The notes under the pieces: model-generated
Told to the model about the DNA's origin: nothing
Seen by the model: only the letters and a program-made list of their open reading frames with translations
Databases searched by the model: none
Made by a program: the position numbers and the translations under genes
From: the human T2T-CHM13v2.0 reference genome, Homo sapiens
Length of the DNA: 64,000 bases
Assembly: GCF_009914755.1 (NCBI RefSeq)
Contig: NC_060934.1
Strand: one strand, 5' to 3'
In this document: piece by piece, positions 1 to 11,870 of the stretch
Position numbering within the stretch: position 1 is the stretch's first letter
Layout of the letters: each line of letters begins with the position of its first letter

Positions 1-89
1 ATAGAATCTGCATGCAGTTTATTAATGCCAATGAGTTTCAGGTATGCATAGTACTGCGTGCCTTTAAACTAGGCCAGTACAACCAAGAG

Positions 90-297
90 CTAGGACTTCA
101 GCATCTAGCTGACCTGGTTTAAGGTCCCAGTTTTGCCATTTTCTTGAGGTGGTTCCCCTTGTCACCCTCAAGATTCTCATCTGGAAACAGGGCCCAGTGA
201 GAGAACCTTCCTTACAGGCTGATGTGAGAGATACGAGTAAATCACTTTGCCCAGTGCCTGGTCTGTGGGTAATGTCCCATAAATGGCCACTATTCTA
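90..297 (+). mobile_element. MIR SINE
   Basis: Degenerate MIR core (tctcatctggaaa) and 3' end (cagtgcctgg...ataaatggccactatt). Confidence 0.65.
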
Positions 298-529
298 ATT
301 CATATAGTTTTAATAAAATATGGGCCCCTGGGCGGCGGCCTGAGCGAAAGGATGGTAATGCTTGTAATCAGCATGTCAGCAATGTCTATGCACGTGGCCA
401 CCCACTGAAGAGTTCAAAATCACCTATTTCACAAAGCCACCAATGCATCCATCCTTCCCACGAACGCACTCACACTATCTGGGGGAAGAAACTCTTCTTC
501 AGAGGGGAGACAGAATGGCCACCTTCTGA

Positions 530-712
530 TTATCTGCTATGGGGCAGGCACTCTCACTTCCAGCCTCTGAGTTAATCCTCTCCAGGAGCTTAAGAGAGGG
601 GTATTCTCACCTCCGTTTCACTTGTGAGGACTCAGCACATCTTCTAAGGTTCCAGAGCAGGCAAGGGGGCATCTCTGGGATTCAAATGCCGCCCCACTAG
701 ACTCCCAAGCTA
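530..712 (-). mobile_element. MIR SINE
   Basis: Degenerate reverse MIR (ttaatcctc...ccgtttcacttgtgagga...gggattcaaatgcc). Confidence 0.55.
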
Positions 713-2589
713 AATAATTTCCCAATAGCCACAGCTGCTTCTAGAGAGAGCCAAGGTGCCCTTGAGTCCTGATTGTGCTCAAATCATCCCAGATTCTTAA
801 TCCAAGACCAGAATCCAGGGATATCCCTCATTGGTCTGAGTTCTGAAGGTGAGGCTGGTGGTGGTCCCCATCCACTTGGCAGTCTTGCTTGTGGAATGCC
901 AGAGCTGCTGGGAGTGGGGGAGTGGGAAGGCAGCTTTGAAGTCTTCCCTCATGCTGAGCTGCAGAAAGCTGGCTTGTTGTCTTATGCAGAGAGCAGTTGA
1001 GGATATCAAAGGGAAGATGGGATGTTAAATTTTGAGTGATCAATGTTTAATAGTCTGGGTTGTAAACTGTCATGAGGATGCTCTAGGAGGGGAGCTGTGT
1101 GAATTGCAGGGTTTGCCATGTGATGGCTGGAGAGGATCAACCCTCTGGAGGTGCCACGCATCAGCAGGGAGGACAAATGGAGAGTGACGGAGGGTGGATC
1201 CACACCCACCAACTGGCCACTCACTGTGGGGACTTGAAGAAAGCATGGACACAATTAGGAAAGAAAGGGTGAGGACATGACCTCCTCTGCCCCAGGAGTG
1301 ATCCTCCATGCACTGGTTCATCCTTTCAGCCGGATGCTTTAAGTGTAACCCCGTGCCCAAACCAGCTAGGTCAGGGGCAGGGCGGTCCCCAGGGGCCAAA
1401 AGAACCTGAGCACTTGCCAGTGAACATCTGTTTGGTTGTTTACTAAAACTTATCTGGAAAATTCCAGCCTTGCCACAACAAGGCATGGAGGGGAAAGGTA
1501 GGAGGCAGTGTGGGTCCAAGGGGAGGGTGATGCTGGGATGGACTGGGACCTGGAGAGGTGGCACTGGTGTCCCTCTCTTTTCTGGATGTCCTAACATCCA
1601 GTGGGCTCTGCCGTTTACTCAGAAAGGAGGAGAAGGGAGGAGAAGGTGGGGAGGTGAAGCCCCTTGCCTGTGATCACCCGGCTGCAGCAGATCAGGTCTT
1701 CTCAGGGCCAGGCACTCTGTCCCTACCCTTGCAGGCTGCCTCTGCAGCAGAGAATGCAAGATTGTGGGTCCCAGCTCCAGCTCTGTTGCCTTTGCAGCTC
1801 ACACGTTCTCATCAGTACAGGCCGTATGGCCCAGACATGGCAGTGAGTAGGGAGGAGCTCTTCCTAAAAGCTTTCTTGGCCAGAGAGCAAAAGACAGGCT
1901 GAGCGTCCCTGACGGCTGCCTTCTTCTGTACCCAAATTTGAGCATCACAAGAGGATCAGGAAAGTCTTAGAATGGTCTCTTGGGGAGGTCCACCTGAGCC
2001 CAGGAATATGGGGGAGCCACAGGCACAAGGGCAAACCCCAGAATACCAGCTCCCTGGGCCAGGCCAGGCAGGGACTGCTGGACCCCACATGGGCGCCTGC
2101 CGTCTCCTCAGCAAAAGGCAATTTCACGACTCTCTGGGAGAGAAAAGATTTTATTTACTTCTTTTCAAAAGCTTCAGAATTCTTCCTGAACATCAAATAA
2201 CTCCTGGCAAACACATCCTGATGAGTAACATGGAGTGAAATAGAACCAGATGGGCAGGCTCACTCCGGGCGTTGTGCTGGAGGAGGAAGGGCGAGTCCCA
2301 CTTGGAGAGAGGCTGGGCTCCAGGCCGCAGGAAGCGCGTGGGGAGGGGGCACAGCCGTTCAGGCAGAGAGGGGCGAGTCCCCAGGACCCTGCCAGGAGAC
2401 AGAGCCACTCCGCCTGCCATCTGGCTTTCTTGGGAGGAGAACAGAGGAGGGGCCTGGGGCAGCCAGTTGTACCCTGGGGTGAGGATTAAGCTGAGACTGG
2501 CAGGATGGCCACGGGGCCCTGCTGCGGGGGCTTGGGTCCTGTGGTGGGCAGTGAGGACACTGGGTGTTTTGTAGAGTCCCAGGAGACCC

Positions 2590-2990
2590 TCCTGGGGTAG
2601 ACTCAGCTAGCTAGCTCCACAATAGCTGCTCCCCTTTTCTTTCTTACAAATGGAACCCTTGAATTTGTTCAAATCAGCAGAAGTGCTGCATGTCCCACCT
2701 CCCTGTCAACCAGGGGAGACCCTGTGACAGACCTGGCCAACCAGAAGCATGAGTTTCTGGAGGGCATGACTGGAAAGCTTTGCCCTTCTCCTTTAGCCGC
2801 TGCTCTTTCCCCTGCCCTGTGTCTGACCTCCAGACATGAGCGTGAGGCTGCAGGGGGATCTGCCATCTTCATCTTGAGCTGTGAGATAACCAAAGACGGC
2901 GGAAGAGCAGGAAGCAGCCCGGGCCCCCATGGCTTCATGGAGCCCCCACACTGTCCTTGGACCTTCATCACTGTTAGATGAAGCAGCTGT
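2590..2990 (+). mobile_element. Old LTR fragment (LTR33/MLT1K-like)
   Basis: Order of motifs ccacctccctg...tgtgacagacctggccaa...gccatcttcatcttgag typical of old ERVL/MaLR LTRs. Confidence 0.45.
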
Positions 2991-3339
2991 TCTTTGGATC
3001 CTCCATGACACATGGTCGAAGGCGATCCCTACGCCAAGATCGGTGGCCCCTCCGTTTAGAGCCTCCTGGCCTTTGCTCATCTCCTCCTCCCCTCCTGGGG
3101 CTCTCCTTCCTCTCCTCGCCCCCTTTCCAGTTGCCAAGGCTGGGCTCCAAGGCCTTCTTCTGCCAGAGGCTGCATCCCTGCCACCACTGCTGGCCTCAGG
3201 CCATCCCCTCATCCCCTTTCTAAGTCTACCTGAAATCTCCAGCCCTGATGTTCTGCCCCGCTACCCACAGGCCTGCCACGCCAATTTCCTGTCTTTTCAG
3301 GATCAACTTGTTAGGATCCAAAGTGTTAACTCCCTAGTT

Positions 3340-3543
3340 TGCCTGGGACTGAGGGGTCTTGACACAGGACTATCTGGGTTTGCAACACTGGGCCCACTGC
3401 CTGTCCCTGTCTGTCCACTGACCTGGTACCAGCACCAGACTCGGGCCCCTAGAAGGCTGTCATCATTACACCCCCAGTGCCTGACTGTTTATGTATATAT
3501 ATGTAGCTGGCAGTCAGTTTGTTGAATGAATGAATGAATGAAT
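3340..3543 (+). mobile_element. L2 LINE 3' end
   Basis: Ends in tttgttgaatgaatgaatgaatgaat, the L2 terminal repeat. Confidence 0.55.
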
Positions 3544-4279
3544 CTGTTTCCTCCAAGCAGAGCATACATTCTATTTGTTTTAAATAATAGTTAAACAAGG
3601 ATAGTCTACATTTGTCATGTTTTGCAAGTCCCACCTCCACAACCCCTCACTAACAACAGCCTGATTTCCTTTCAGAATTTGCCTCTTTCCCATTGTGTGT
3701 GTTCTTGGTAGAGGAGGATTCTAGGCTCCTGCCTCCCATTACAAAAGCCAAAAGGCCAAATCCAGCTCCCCACGTCTCCTGGTCCTCCCCAGGGAGCAGG
3801 CACGTGCCCCAACCTCTTTTCTGAGAGTTTGCATCTGGAGGGAGGGATGCAGGGTGTCGGACAGGCTTCTTGGTTACCAGCAACAGAATCCAACTTGGTC
3901 AGGATTGAAGCAGAAAGGAGAATGTGTTCCAAAGGAGGTGAGGTAGCTCACAGATTCACAGGGAAGGCTGGGAACCAGGCTCAGAAACAGGCAGCATCAA
4001 GGCAGTCCGGGCCATAGTCAGGATCCCAGCCAAAGTGTCCTTAGGAAGCCAGCCCCACGTGAACATCGCTGCCCAGGCTGCCACAGCTTGCTCCAGATGC
4101 CAGGCACAGACACTGCTATTCTGAACAGCACTGCCCCTGGAAGTGGACACGGCTGCTATGATTGTTGCCCCAGCCTCCTACCACCAGCATAGATGTGTCT
4201 TGCCCTGTTCCATGCCATTGCTTCCTCCAGTCACCAACCTGGGCACATGCCTTTGCATGGACTCAAAGGGCATGGGAAC

Positions 4280-4685
4280 TATGCAGATTTGCAGCCCAGT
4301 CCATGGTGGGAGGCTGACTCTGCCACTCCCCAACCCCAACACTTTTAAGGTAGGGGATTTATCAAGCCTAGAAAGAAGGGGTCATCCGATGACAGACAAC
4401 CAGAAAGAATGACAGAAGCCACTAGACCCGGAGACAGAGGACAAGGTTGGAGGGCGTTTGTCTCAGCCTTGGCAGCATGCGGACCAGATGTTTCCCACTA
4501 CAAGGTGGTGGCTGTGGCTCCTAATCCAGGCCCTTGGCAGAGGCCTGGGCTCCCGCCTTCCCCAAGCCTGCTTCTCTGGGCTCCTGTCACTTCTGTGAGC
4601 TCCCGACATCCTGCCAATAAATTCCTTTTTGCTTAAGTTAACCAGTGTTAGTGTCTGCTGGCTGAAACCAAGCAACGCTAAGTGA
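4280..4685 (+). mobile_element. Old ERVL LTR fragment
   Basis: 3' end aataaattcctttttgcttaagttaaccag...gctgaaacca resembles ERVL LTR U5 ends; 5' boundary uncertain. Confidence 0.55.
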
Positions 4686-4883
4686 AACCACATGTAAACA
4701 CGAGTACATGCTGCTTGTAAAACACTAAGACAGTCCTGATAAGGCTGCAGGCCTCCTGACACCACCCCTTCCAACATTCTTTCCAAAAGAAACCACTGGT
4801 ATAAGCTGGATGTGTGTGTCTCAGAACTGACTTGTGCTTCTATCCCAAGTATGGAGCCCTAGTAGATTTTACCTAGAAACAAT

Positions 4884-5057
4884 ATTCTACTTCACTGAAC
4901 CTAAGATGCCTTCCATTGTAAGTTGTGCCACTATTTTATGTGCTACCAGGAAGGAAAAATAGTTGCCGACTAAACAATGACCCAACATTAAGAGCTGTCA
5001 ATTGCTGGTTTAAGATGTGAAAAAATGTGTGTATATTAAAACAGATGAAATATGGTC
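4884..5057. mobile_element. MER104-like TcMar-Tc2 non-autonomous DNA transposon
   Basis: ttcactgaacctaagatgcc at one end and gatgtgaaaaaatgtgtg...gatgaaatatggt at the other; ~175 bp with degenerate terminal inverted repeats (TIRs). Confidence 0.6.
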
Positions 5058-5071
5058 ACAGTAACAACTGT

Positions 5072-5306
5072 TTCACCCTTACCATGGGCCAGGCACTTTC
5101 ACTAGTATTTTGCTCATGTTAACTCAGTTAATCATTTAATATGCTCAATAATTCCTTGAGGTTGAAATATAATTATCCATATTTTACAGATGAGCAAACT
5201 GAGGTACAGTTACATTCAGTTGCCTGCTCAAAGTTACAAATCTAGCAAGTGGCAGAGCTACAAGTCAAAGAAATTCTGGATTTTAGAGCTTTCTCTCTTA
5301 ACTACC
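5072..5306 (-). mobile_element. MIR SINE
   Basis: Core attttacagatgagcaaactgagg. Confidence 0.8.
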
Positions 5307-5389
5307 AGTGTTATAGTGTCTGTGTGTGAGCGCAAGTATGTGCTTGTGTGTATGTATACATATGTACATGTATATGTGCACAAGGTTAC

Positions 5390-5815
5390 AGAATTGTACA
5401 TTTTTTCACTTAAGAAGTATTATGCTGTATGTATCACTCTGCCCCTTGCTTTGTTAATCCAATAGGCTCTTGCATAAACATCGTCCCATTCTTTCTAGCT
5501 GCTGAAGTATACTCTTACCATAAAGTCTCTAGCCATTCTCCTACTCGTGGTCACTAAGGTTGTTTCCATTTCTGACACTTATACCAGCAAGGCTGCAGTA
5601 CACACCCTTAAACAGGCCTCCATGAGCCCATGCATAAGTGTTTCTCTTAGCTAAATAGAGAAAAGTGGAACTGCCACATCATAAGGTATGTGCATTTTGA
5701 ATTTTAATGGATAAACCAGCCCCTCATCCCATCAAAGCTACCACAATGATTTGCACCCCACCAGCAACTAACTTGGGCACATGTGTGTGATTTGTATCCC
5801 AGACTCCTCCTCACC
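5390..5815 (-). mobile_element. Old L1 (L1ME-like) 3' fragment
   Basis: aggttgtttccattt...aaggctgcag...aaaagtggaactgc...aaggtatgtgcatttt, antisense L1M 3' region. Confidence 0.65.
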
Positions 5816-6424
5816 AAATCCGAGGGCTGTCCAAGACCTCATCCTCCACAGCAACTGTGAGGCTTTCAATTTGCCTGACCTGCTCCCCACCCTGGAAGTT
5901 CCTCCTCCCTTGGCATCTAGGAAAATCCACATTGTTGGGGCTGCCACTACACAACTTCTTGTCTCAGTCACTCACTCCTCACTCTGTCCAGCTGTGTTGC
6001 AGAGGGGACTTTCTCAAGAGGAGTGGCATGTGATATTAAGAAGCATTCTGAGGTGACAAGAAAGGGCCTCCACTGTCACATAGGTCTGGCAGACACTGGG
6101 AAAAGCAAAGCTGTTTCAGGACTTCTTAGGGCCTTTATTGAGTGAGCTACTGTGTGATTGCAATCTCCAGAGAAGGCAGGAGGAGCCACAGAGGAGTAAC
6201 TCCTACTGGTTCCACACAGTGGGCGTGTGTGCTGAGCCAGACAGGGATGCAAGCAACTCAGGGCCATCCTCCCCTTCCTGCCCTCCACTGAGGCCAGGTC
6301 CCCAGACCCTTTCCTCTCCCCATGTCTGCCTGCACCATGACCCACTCTCCACAATCTTCCTGGGCAAGGCAGAGGAAAGAAAGCTGGCCAGGAGCCAGGA
6401 GGCCTGACCACACCTTTGAAGTTT

Positions 6425-6570
6425 AAGGTCTTGAGTCAGTTACCTAACTTCTCTATGCGTCAGTTTCCTTGCCTGTAAAATGAGGAAAATACAGTACCTA
6501 CCTAGGATACTATGTGCAGTATAAAAGCATTAATACACAGAGCATGCAGAATAGCACTTTGTGTGGAGTG
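6425..6570 (+). mobile_element. MIR SINE
   Basis: cagtttccttgcctgtaaaatgagg...gtacctacct. Confidence 0.75.
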
Positions 6571-6604
6571 AGACCCTAGCATGCCTTTGCTGCAGGAAGG
6601 CAGT

Positions 6605-6745
6605 AGCACTGGGTTCCAGTTTTGGCTCCATTGCCCACTTCTGTGTGACCTTGACTCCATGACTGCCTTCCTCTGGACCTCTGTTGCCTCATTTTATAAC
6701 AGGGGCAGCTGGGCCAAATTGGAGGATTGAAAGAGTTCCTGCCTT
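6605..6745 (+). mobile_element. MIR/MIR3 SINE
   Basis: ctgggttccag...ctgtgtgaccttg...ctctggacctc. Confidence 0.6.
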
Positions 6746-8020
6746 CAAGGGCTCCTAGCCTGTGTCTCAGTCAACCTTGGCTTTCCCAGAGCTCAACACG
6801 GACATGACCATGGGGCCCATGCTCAGTGACTGTGGGGTGGGCTGGATTGAACAAAGTGGTCCCTGCAAGATATGGGAGGGGGCGCACTGACTAAATGAAT
6901 CAACAGGACAGCCAACAGCCCTGGGACAGTCTCCAAGGCAGGATGCTGGGGGAGGCAGGAGCCAGACGAGACAAACACTCGAGGGTGTTATCAGACCATT
7001 AGGAACCTGGAAGAGGTGGGAAGTACTCAGGAAAGGTTTCCCAAAGAGGGAGGGACTCGAGATCAGCCAGGAATGATGAGTATGATTTTGCTTAGCTCCA
7101 GGGAATAAAATTAGGTACTGCAAGAGCAATTTTCACAGAACAGTCTCCAAGCGGAGAGAGCAGGGCTGGGGTGAAGGCTTGGTGGTGAAAATTCAGGCAT
7201 CTGTGCAGATGTCTGGGGCACTTCCCTCCGCTTGGGTGTGAGGCAGACACAGCTACCCTGCCCAGCCTGTGCAGAGATTAGATCTATCCCCTCGCAAACA
7301 AAGCCAGGGTCTCCCACCCCCTCCACAGGCTTACCCCAGTCCTCACTGGGCTAAGCACAGCTCCGTGGGCTTAACAATCCCCCAGAGAAAGAGGGATCCT
7401 CGACAGAGACAAATGAGACACGACATCTTCCTCCCTCAGCTGCCCGGGAGACCCAGACATCCCTCACACCCGAGACGAGCTCCAGCCCTCCGCTCTCTCA
7501 TTATCTTTGCTGGGGTGTCCTCAGGCCAAAATAACGCACCCAACCCCTGCCTGTACCTGGGTGTCATTATGATGACTCCTACTTGAAATTATTTGTTTTT
7601 CTCTATTGATCTTGCTTCGACACTGGAAAAATGTATTCTTTGTACAGCATTCCCAAGGGTTTAATTTGTCCATGTTGGAAGCCTTTTTTAATAGGATTCT
7701 GCCCCATTGTTTATTCTGAACATTGAGTTCCGAGAGTCGAGATTCAGCTCTTTTAATAGAAACTCATTACCAGGGTCCCTCTGCATCAGAAAACTGATAC
7801 TGACACTGCGAGGAGGAGACAAATTAGGAGCCTGCCAAGGGCCCGTCTGATCAGAAGGCCCCATGAGAGGCGACGTTGCCATCCAATACCTGCCACCCTC
7901 CTCCTGTTCGGAGACCTAGGGGGTGACAGCCACCAGCTGGGCAGACCCAAGCAGCCCCTCCACCCCTGACCAGTTTCTTTCTCAGAAAACTCTACCTTGA
8001 GTGGACCCTGGTCTCCTAGA

Positions 8021-8110
8021 GCAGTGTTTCTCAAAGCCTGATCTGTGGGACCCTGCATCAGAATCCCTTGGTGTCCTGGGGCCAATTCAGGTGGTCAGGT
8101 CTCCTCCAGA
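8021..8110. mobile_element. MER5A-like hAT-Charlie fragment
   Basis: cagtgtttctcaaag TIR followed by ctgcatcagaatc. Confidence 0.6.
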
Positions 8111-8629
8111 CAGTACTGCCCTTAGACGCCTGCCATGGGGCCCATACCACAGGGGGCTTCCTTGAGGGACTTCCTTCTGTTCACGACTAGTTGGGTTGGC
8201 AGTGCCATCCAGGAGGCATACCCCACACCTGGACCCATTGTGAACCCCCATCCCCATTTGTTTCTCTACCCCTGCCCCCTACTGCCTCCAGGAGCTGGCC
8301 AGATGTCCCAAAGAGCCCTGAGGGCTCATGCATATGGGGTCAGCCCAGAGCCCTGTGGTGGGCCCCTGCCCCAGGCAGGCAGCCTGGTGAGTGGACTGCT
8401 CCCACTGGCCAGCAAAGTTTTTATTTCACAGCATCACATGAGATGGAGTCAGCAGAATGGCGCTCACATGATTTTGAGTGGCTCAAATGGTTTATGTAGA
8501 CAGCCTTCCCTGCAAAACAGAAAATATACTGGCCTGAAGCCCTGTACACCCCAGGGGCAGCCATGCCTCCAGATCTACTACAACAGACCACTGAGGAACC
8601 CAGGAAATTCAGGATATACCAGAAGAATA

Positions 8630-8870
8630 GTGACGAAAAGAAAGAGCATGGGTTTTAGAGTTATTCAAAGCTGAGCTCAAGCTGAGATTTGCAGCCAATC
8701 AGCTGGGTGATATGAGCAAGTTACTAACCCTCTCTGGACCTCACTTTGCACTCATAAACATTTTTGCTTCAGGGTGGCTTTAATAGTTCTTTCTGGAACA
8801 AGATAGCCTGCAAATCACACATATATGAAACTGGGACCATGCTTGTGATGTACCCAGAATCATACCTGGC
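8630..8870 (+). mobile_element. MIR SINE
   Basis: aaagagcatgggttttagag...gcaagttactaaccctctctggacctca. Confidence 0.65.
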
Positions 8871-8889
8871 ATGTGATACGAACCTGGAA

Positions 8890-9200
8890 TCATTTATTTG
8901 TTCAATCAACAAATATTTATTGAGATTCTGCTATGTGCCAGGCACTGCACTCAGCCCTAGTGAAACAACTAAACAGGCTCAATCCTTTGCCCACATAAGG
9001 AAAGGCAGATGTTAGATACAGGCAATTCTAAATCATTTCTTTAATGGCAGTGGTGATGGTCCTATATGGTGCAGAGCAATGTGTCATGGAGAGTAAGGGA
9101 CATGCTCACGAAACCCACTGAGGAGTCACAGAGGGCTCCTCTGAGAGGTGACCATTCTATTGGGACCTGGAGGTGCAACCAGGTTTACCAAGGGAAAATA
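8890..9200 (-). mobile_element. L2 LINE 3' fragment
   Basis: tcaacaaatatttattgag...ctatgtgccaggcactg. Confidence 0.75.
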
Positions 9201-9379
9201 GAGACCATGAGCACCTCCTGGTCTGGTTTCTGCATCTTGGGGCACCTTCCTCTCCCTGTGATAGCTCGTTCTGGAAGTAAATAAAGATGATTGATTTGAC
9301 AGCTGCTCTGCACAGAATCTATATGAGCTCAGTAGGTTTGCAGAGTATGGGAAGGCAGATAGTGGCATTGCTGAAGCCT

Positions 9380-9570
9380 GACTGTTGGCTAGGCATGGCA
9401 CTAAGTGCCTTTCTATGCATTATCCCATTAGATACCCACAGTAGGCCTGCATGTCTCCCATTTAACAGATGAGAAAGCTGAGACTCAAAGAGATTAAGTA
9501 ATTTGTCACCTAAGTAGAGTAACTGAGCTCATAAGCAGTGGATCCAGCATCCAAGCCTAGACAATGTGAC
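9380..9570 (-). mobile_element. MIR SINE
   Basis: cccatttaacagatgagaaagctgagactcaaagagattaagtaatttg. Confidence 0.75.
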
Positions 9571-10684
9571 CTCTTGTGCCATAGGCTAAGGCCTCCATAC
9601 CCCACCTGTTACACTATCTTTAGAATCCATTCAAGGAGGTCACCTTTTCTCTGTAGAGAGGGCTGGACACACTTGGAAGTTACCTGAAAGAGAATTGGCT
9701 TGAATTATATGAAACTACACAAAACCCAGTGCAAGGTTGGAGGACAACAGACCTGGTGTCTTGTCTAGACGACCCCCAGAGTGACCTCAGGCTGTCACTT
9801 CCTCTCTTGGCCTCAGAGACCCCATTTGCAAGATGAAGAGCTTGGACTAGGCCAGTGGTTTTCCACATCTGTTCTTCAAAGCCCTGGGCTTCCATGAAGG
9901 TGGCTAGGGGCTGCCTTGGATAGGTACTGAGCATTTGCTGGAAGACAATCTCTGTGGCTGTGATAGCCACAGCACACGAAGGTGGTCATTAAAAGCTTTT
10001 TCTTCTCTAATATCATTCATTCTTAAGTCAGTCTCCATTTATGGAGCACACACCATGTGTGAGGTAGGCATGGAGGATCCAGGCAGGTCTCTGCCCCAGA
10101 ACAGCTCTGAGGCCAGAGGAGGATGGTACCCAGAGCCACTGCCCAGAGTAACAAGGTGCCATGGGCTCCTTCTCAGTCTAACCAGGGGCTCAGAGGAAGG
10201 GAGTGGCAGCAGCCAAGCTAGCAGCTGAGCCCAAGGTTCTTGGCACTCAGGACTGAGTTCTTTCCCCACCCTACCTGCATCAAATAGGTTGATTTGGGCA
10301 TTGAGACAATGGCCATTTTATGGAGTAAAAAGATCTAGTTAGAATCCCAAAGGGCTGGAGAGAGCGGCAGGGAGAAAGGCACAGGGGAAAGCATGAGCTG
10401 AAGCATCAGACAAAGGTAGGAGATCGGGGGAGAACCCATAGCCAAGCTGGTGTGAATCCTTTGGATGATAGAGCAAGAGCTCCTAATGGTCACAGCCAAG
10501 GATCTGCTGCTAAGAGAAGGAGGAATACTAGGGCACTTACCTGTCTGTGATAGTAACAATACTACCAGTAACAATTACTGCTATTTATTGAGCAACTGTA
10601 TTAGTCAGAAGAGGCCAACCTATGCTGCAGGAATAAATAGCTCCACAATCTCAGTGACTCAGCACAGTAAAAAATTGTGTCTTG

Positions 10685-11442
10685 CTCACACAGCATCCAT
10701 TGCAGATCCAGGGTGAATGTTCTCCCTACAGGGACTCGGCCCCATGGCTGATAGGTCCTCCACCACCCAAAGCAGCACCACCTGCAACACGTGGCCTTCT
10801 CAGTCGCTGGGCAGGAAAGAGAGGCTAGAGAAGGATGTACAGGATTTCCCTAGCAGCCTTACTCAGGGCTCTCCAGAGAAAGGGAACCAGTAGGACATAT
10901 AGAAATATACAAGAGGAGATGTATTGGCTCATGTGATTATGGCAGCTGAGAAGTCCCACTAACATCTGTCTGTAAGCTGGAGAACCAGGGCAGCCAGTGG
11001 TGTAATACAGTCTGAGACTAAAGATGCAGAACCAGGAGCTCCAATGTATGAGGGTAGAAGAGGATGCCCCAGCTCAGGAAGGAAGAGAATTCACCCTTCC
11101 TCTGTCTTTGTGTTCTATTGGGACCCAAACAGATGGGATGATGCCCACTCACATTGATAAGGGAGATCTTCTTCATTCAATCTACAGATTCTAATGCTAA
11201 TCTCTTTGGAAGCACCCTCCTGTGAGGTTCCATTTCTCTGGAGAGCCCTGAGTAAGGCTGTGAGGGAAAAGCCTGTACATCCTTCTTTAGCCTTTCTTTC
11301 CCGCTCAACGACTGAGAAGGCCACGTGTTGCAGGTGTTGCTGCTTTGGGTGGTGGAGGACCTATCAGCCATGGGGCAAAGTCCCTGTAGGGAGAACATTC
11401 ACCCTGGAGAGCTGTCAGGATCTGCAATGGATGCTGTGTGAG
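10685..11442. repeat. Long inverted repeat: arms 10685-10888 and 11226-11442, spacer 337 bp
   Basis: Manual reverse-complement alignment: about 12 substitutions, one 1-bp indel and one 12-bp indel. Confidence 0.95.
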
Positions 11443-11512
11443 TGATCACACTTTACCAGCTATCTGGGTATCCCTTAGTCCAGTCAAGTTGACACCTAAA
11501 ATGAACCATCAC
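10855..11512 (-). mobile_element. MLT2B-type ERVL LTR, interrupted by an inverted duplication
   Basis: tcagggctctccagagaa...ttggctcatgtgattatgg...aatgctaatctc, resuming as ccagctatctgggtatcccttagtccagtcaagttgacacctaaaatgaaccatcac. Confidence 0.8.
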
Positions 11513-11678
11513 TGCCCCAGATCATAAGTGACAAAAATGACACCAGTTTCGCTGGCTTGAACTTAGCACTTGGTCCACTAATCTTCAACGATGGGTGAGG
11601 TGGGGTGGGAAGTGCTGTCTTCTGTGTGGCTGGAAGGAGGAGAATCAAACATGGTGAGCATTAGTGATGTCTACCACA

Positions 11679-11870
11679 AGCATTAATGTGTGTCAGGCAC
11701 TAATTAAGTACCTTACATAGATTGTTTCACTGACTCTACAACAGCTTGTGTTACAAATAAGGAAGCTGAGGCACAGAGAGAATGAACAGAAAGAATCTAC
11801 CCAAAGTTAACCCAGCTAGTAATGGAAGAGTAATAATTCAATCCTAGGTGTTCAGGGTGCTTAAGTCTCT
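11679..11870 (-). mobile_element. MIR SINE (continuation of the split element)
   Basis: ttacaaataaggaagctgaggcacagagag...cccagctagtaa. Confidence 0.7.

Larger units (their letters stand above)
10597..11678 (-). mobile_element. MLT1K/L-like MaLR LTR, inserted in a MIR and interrupted by an MLT2 LTR
   Basis: Starts tgtattagtcag, ends ctaccaca; MIR sequence on both sides (tatttattgagca before, tgtgtcaggcact after). Confidence 0.65.

Noticed and set aside
10685-11442. Inverted repeat as DNA-transposon TIRs or a pre-miRNA
   Set aside because: Arms are LTR-derived, I see no TSD, and the stem and loop are far too long for a canonical pre-miRNA.
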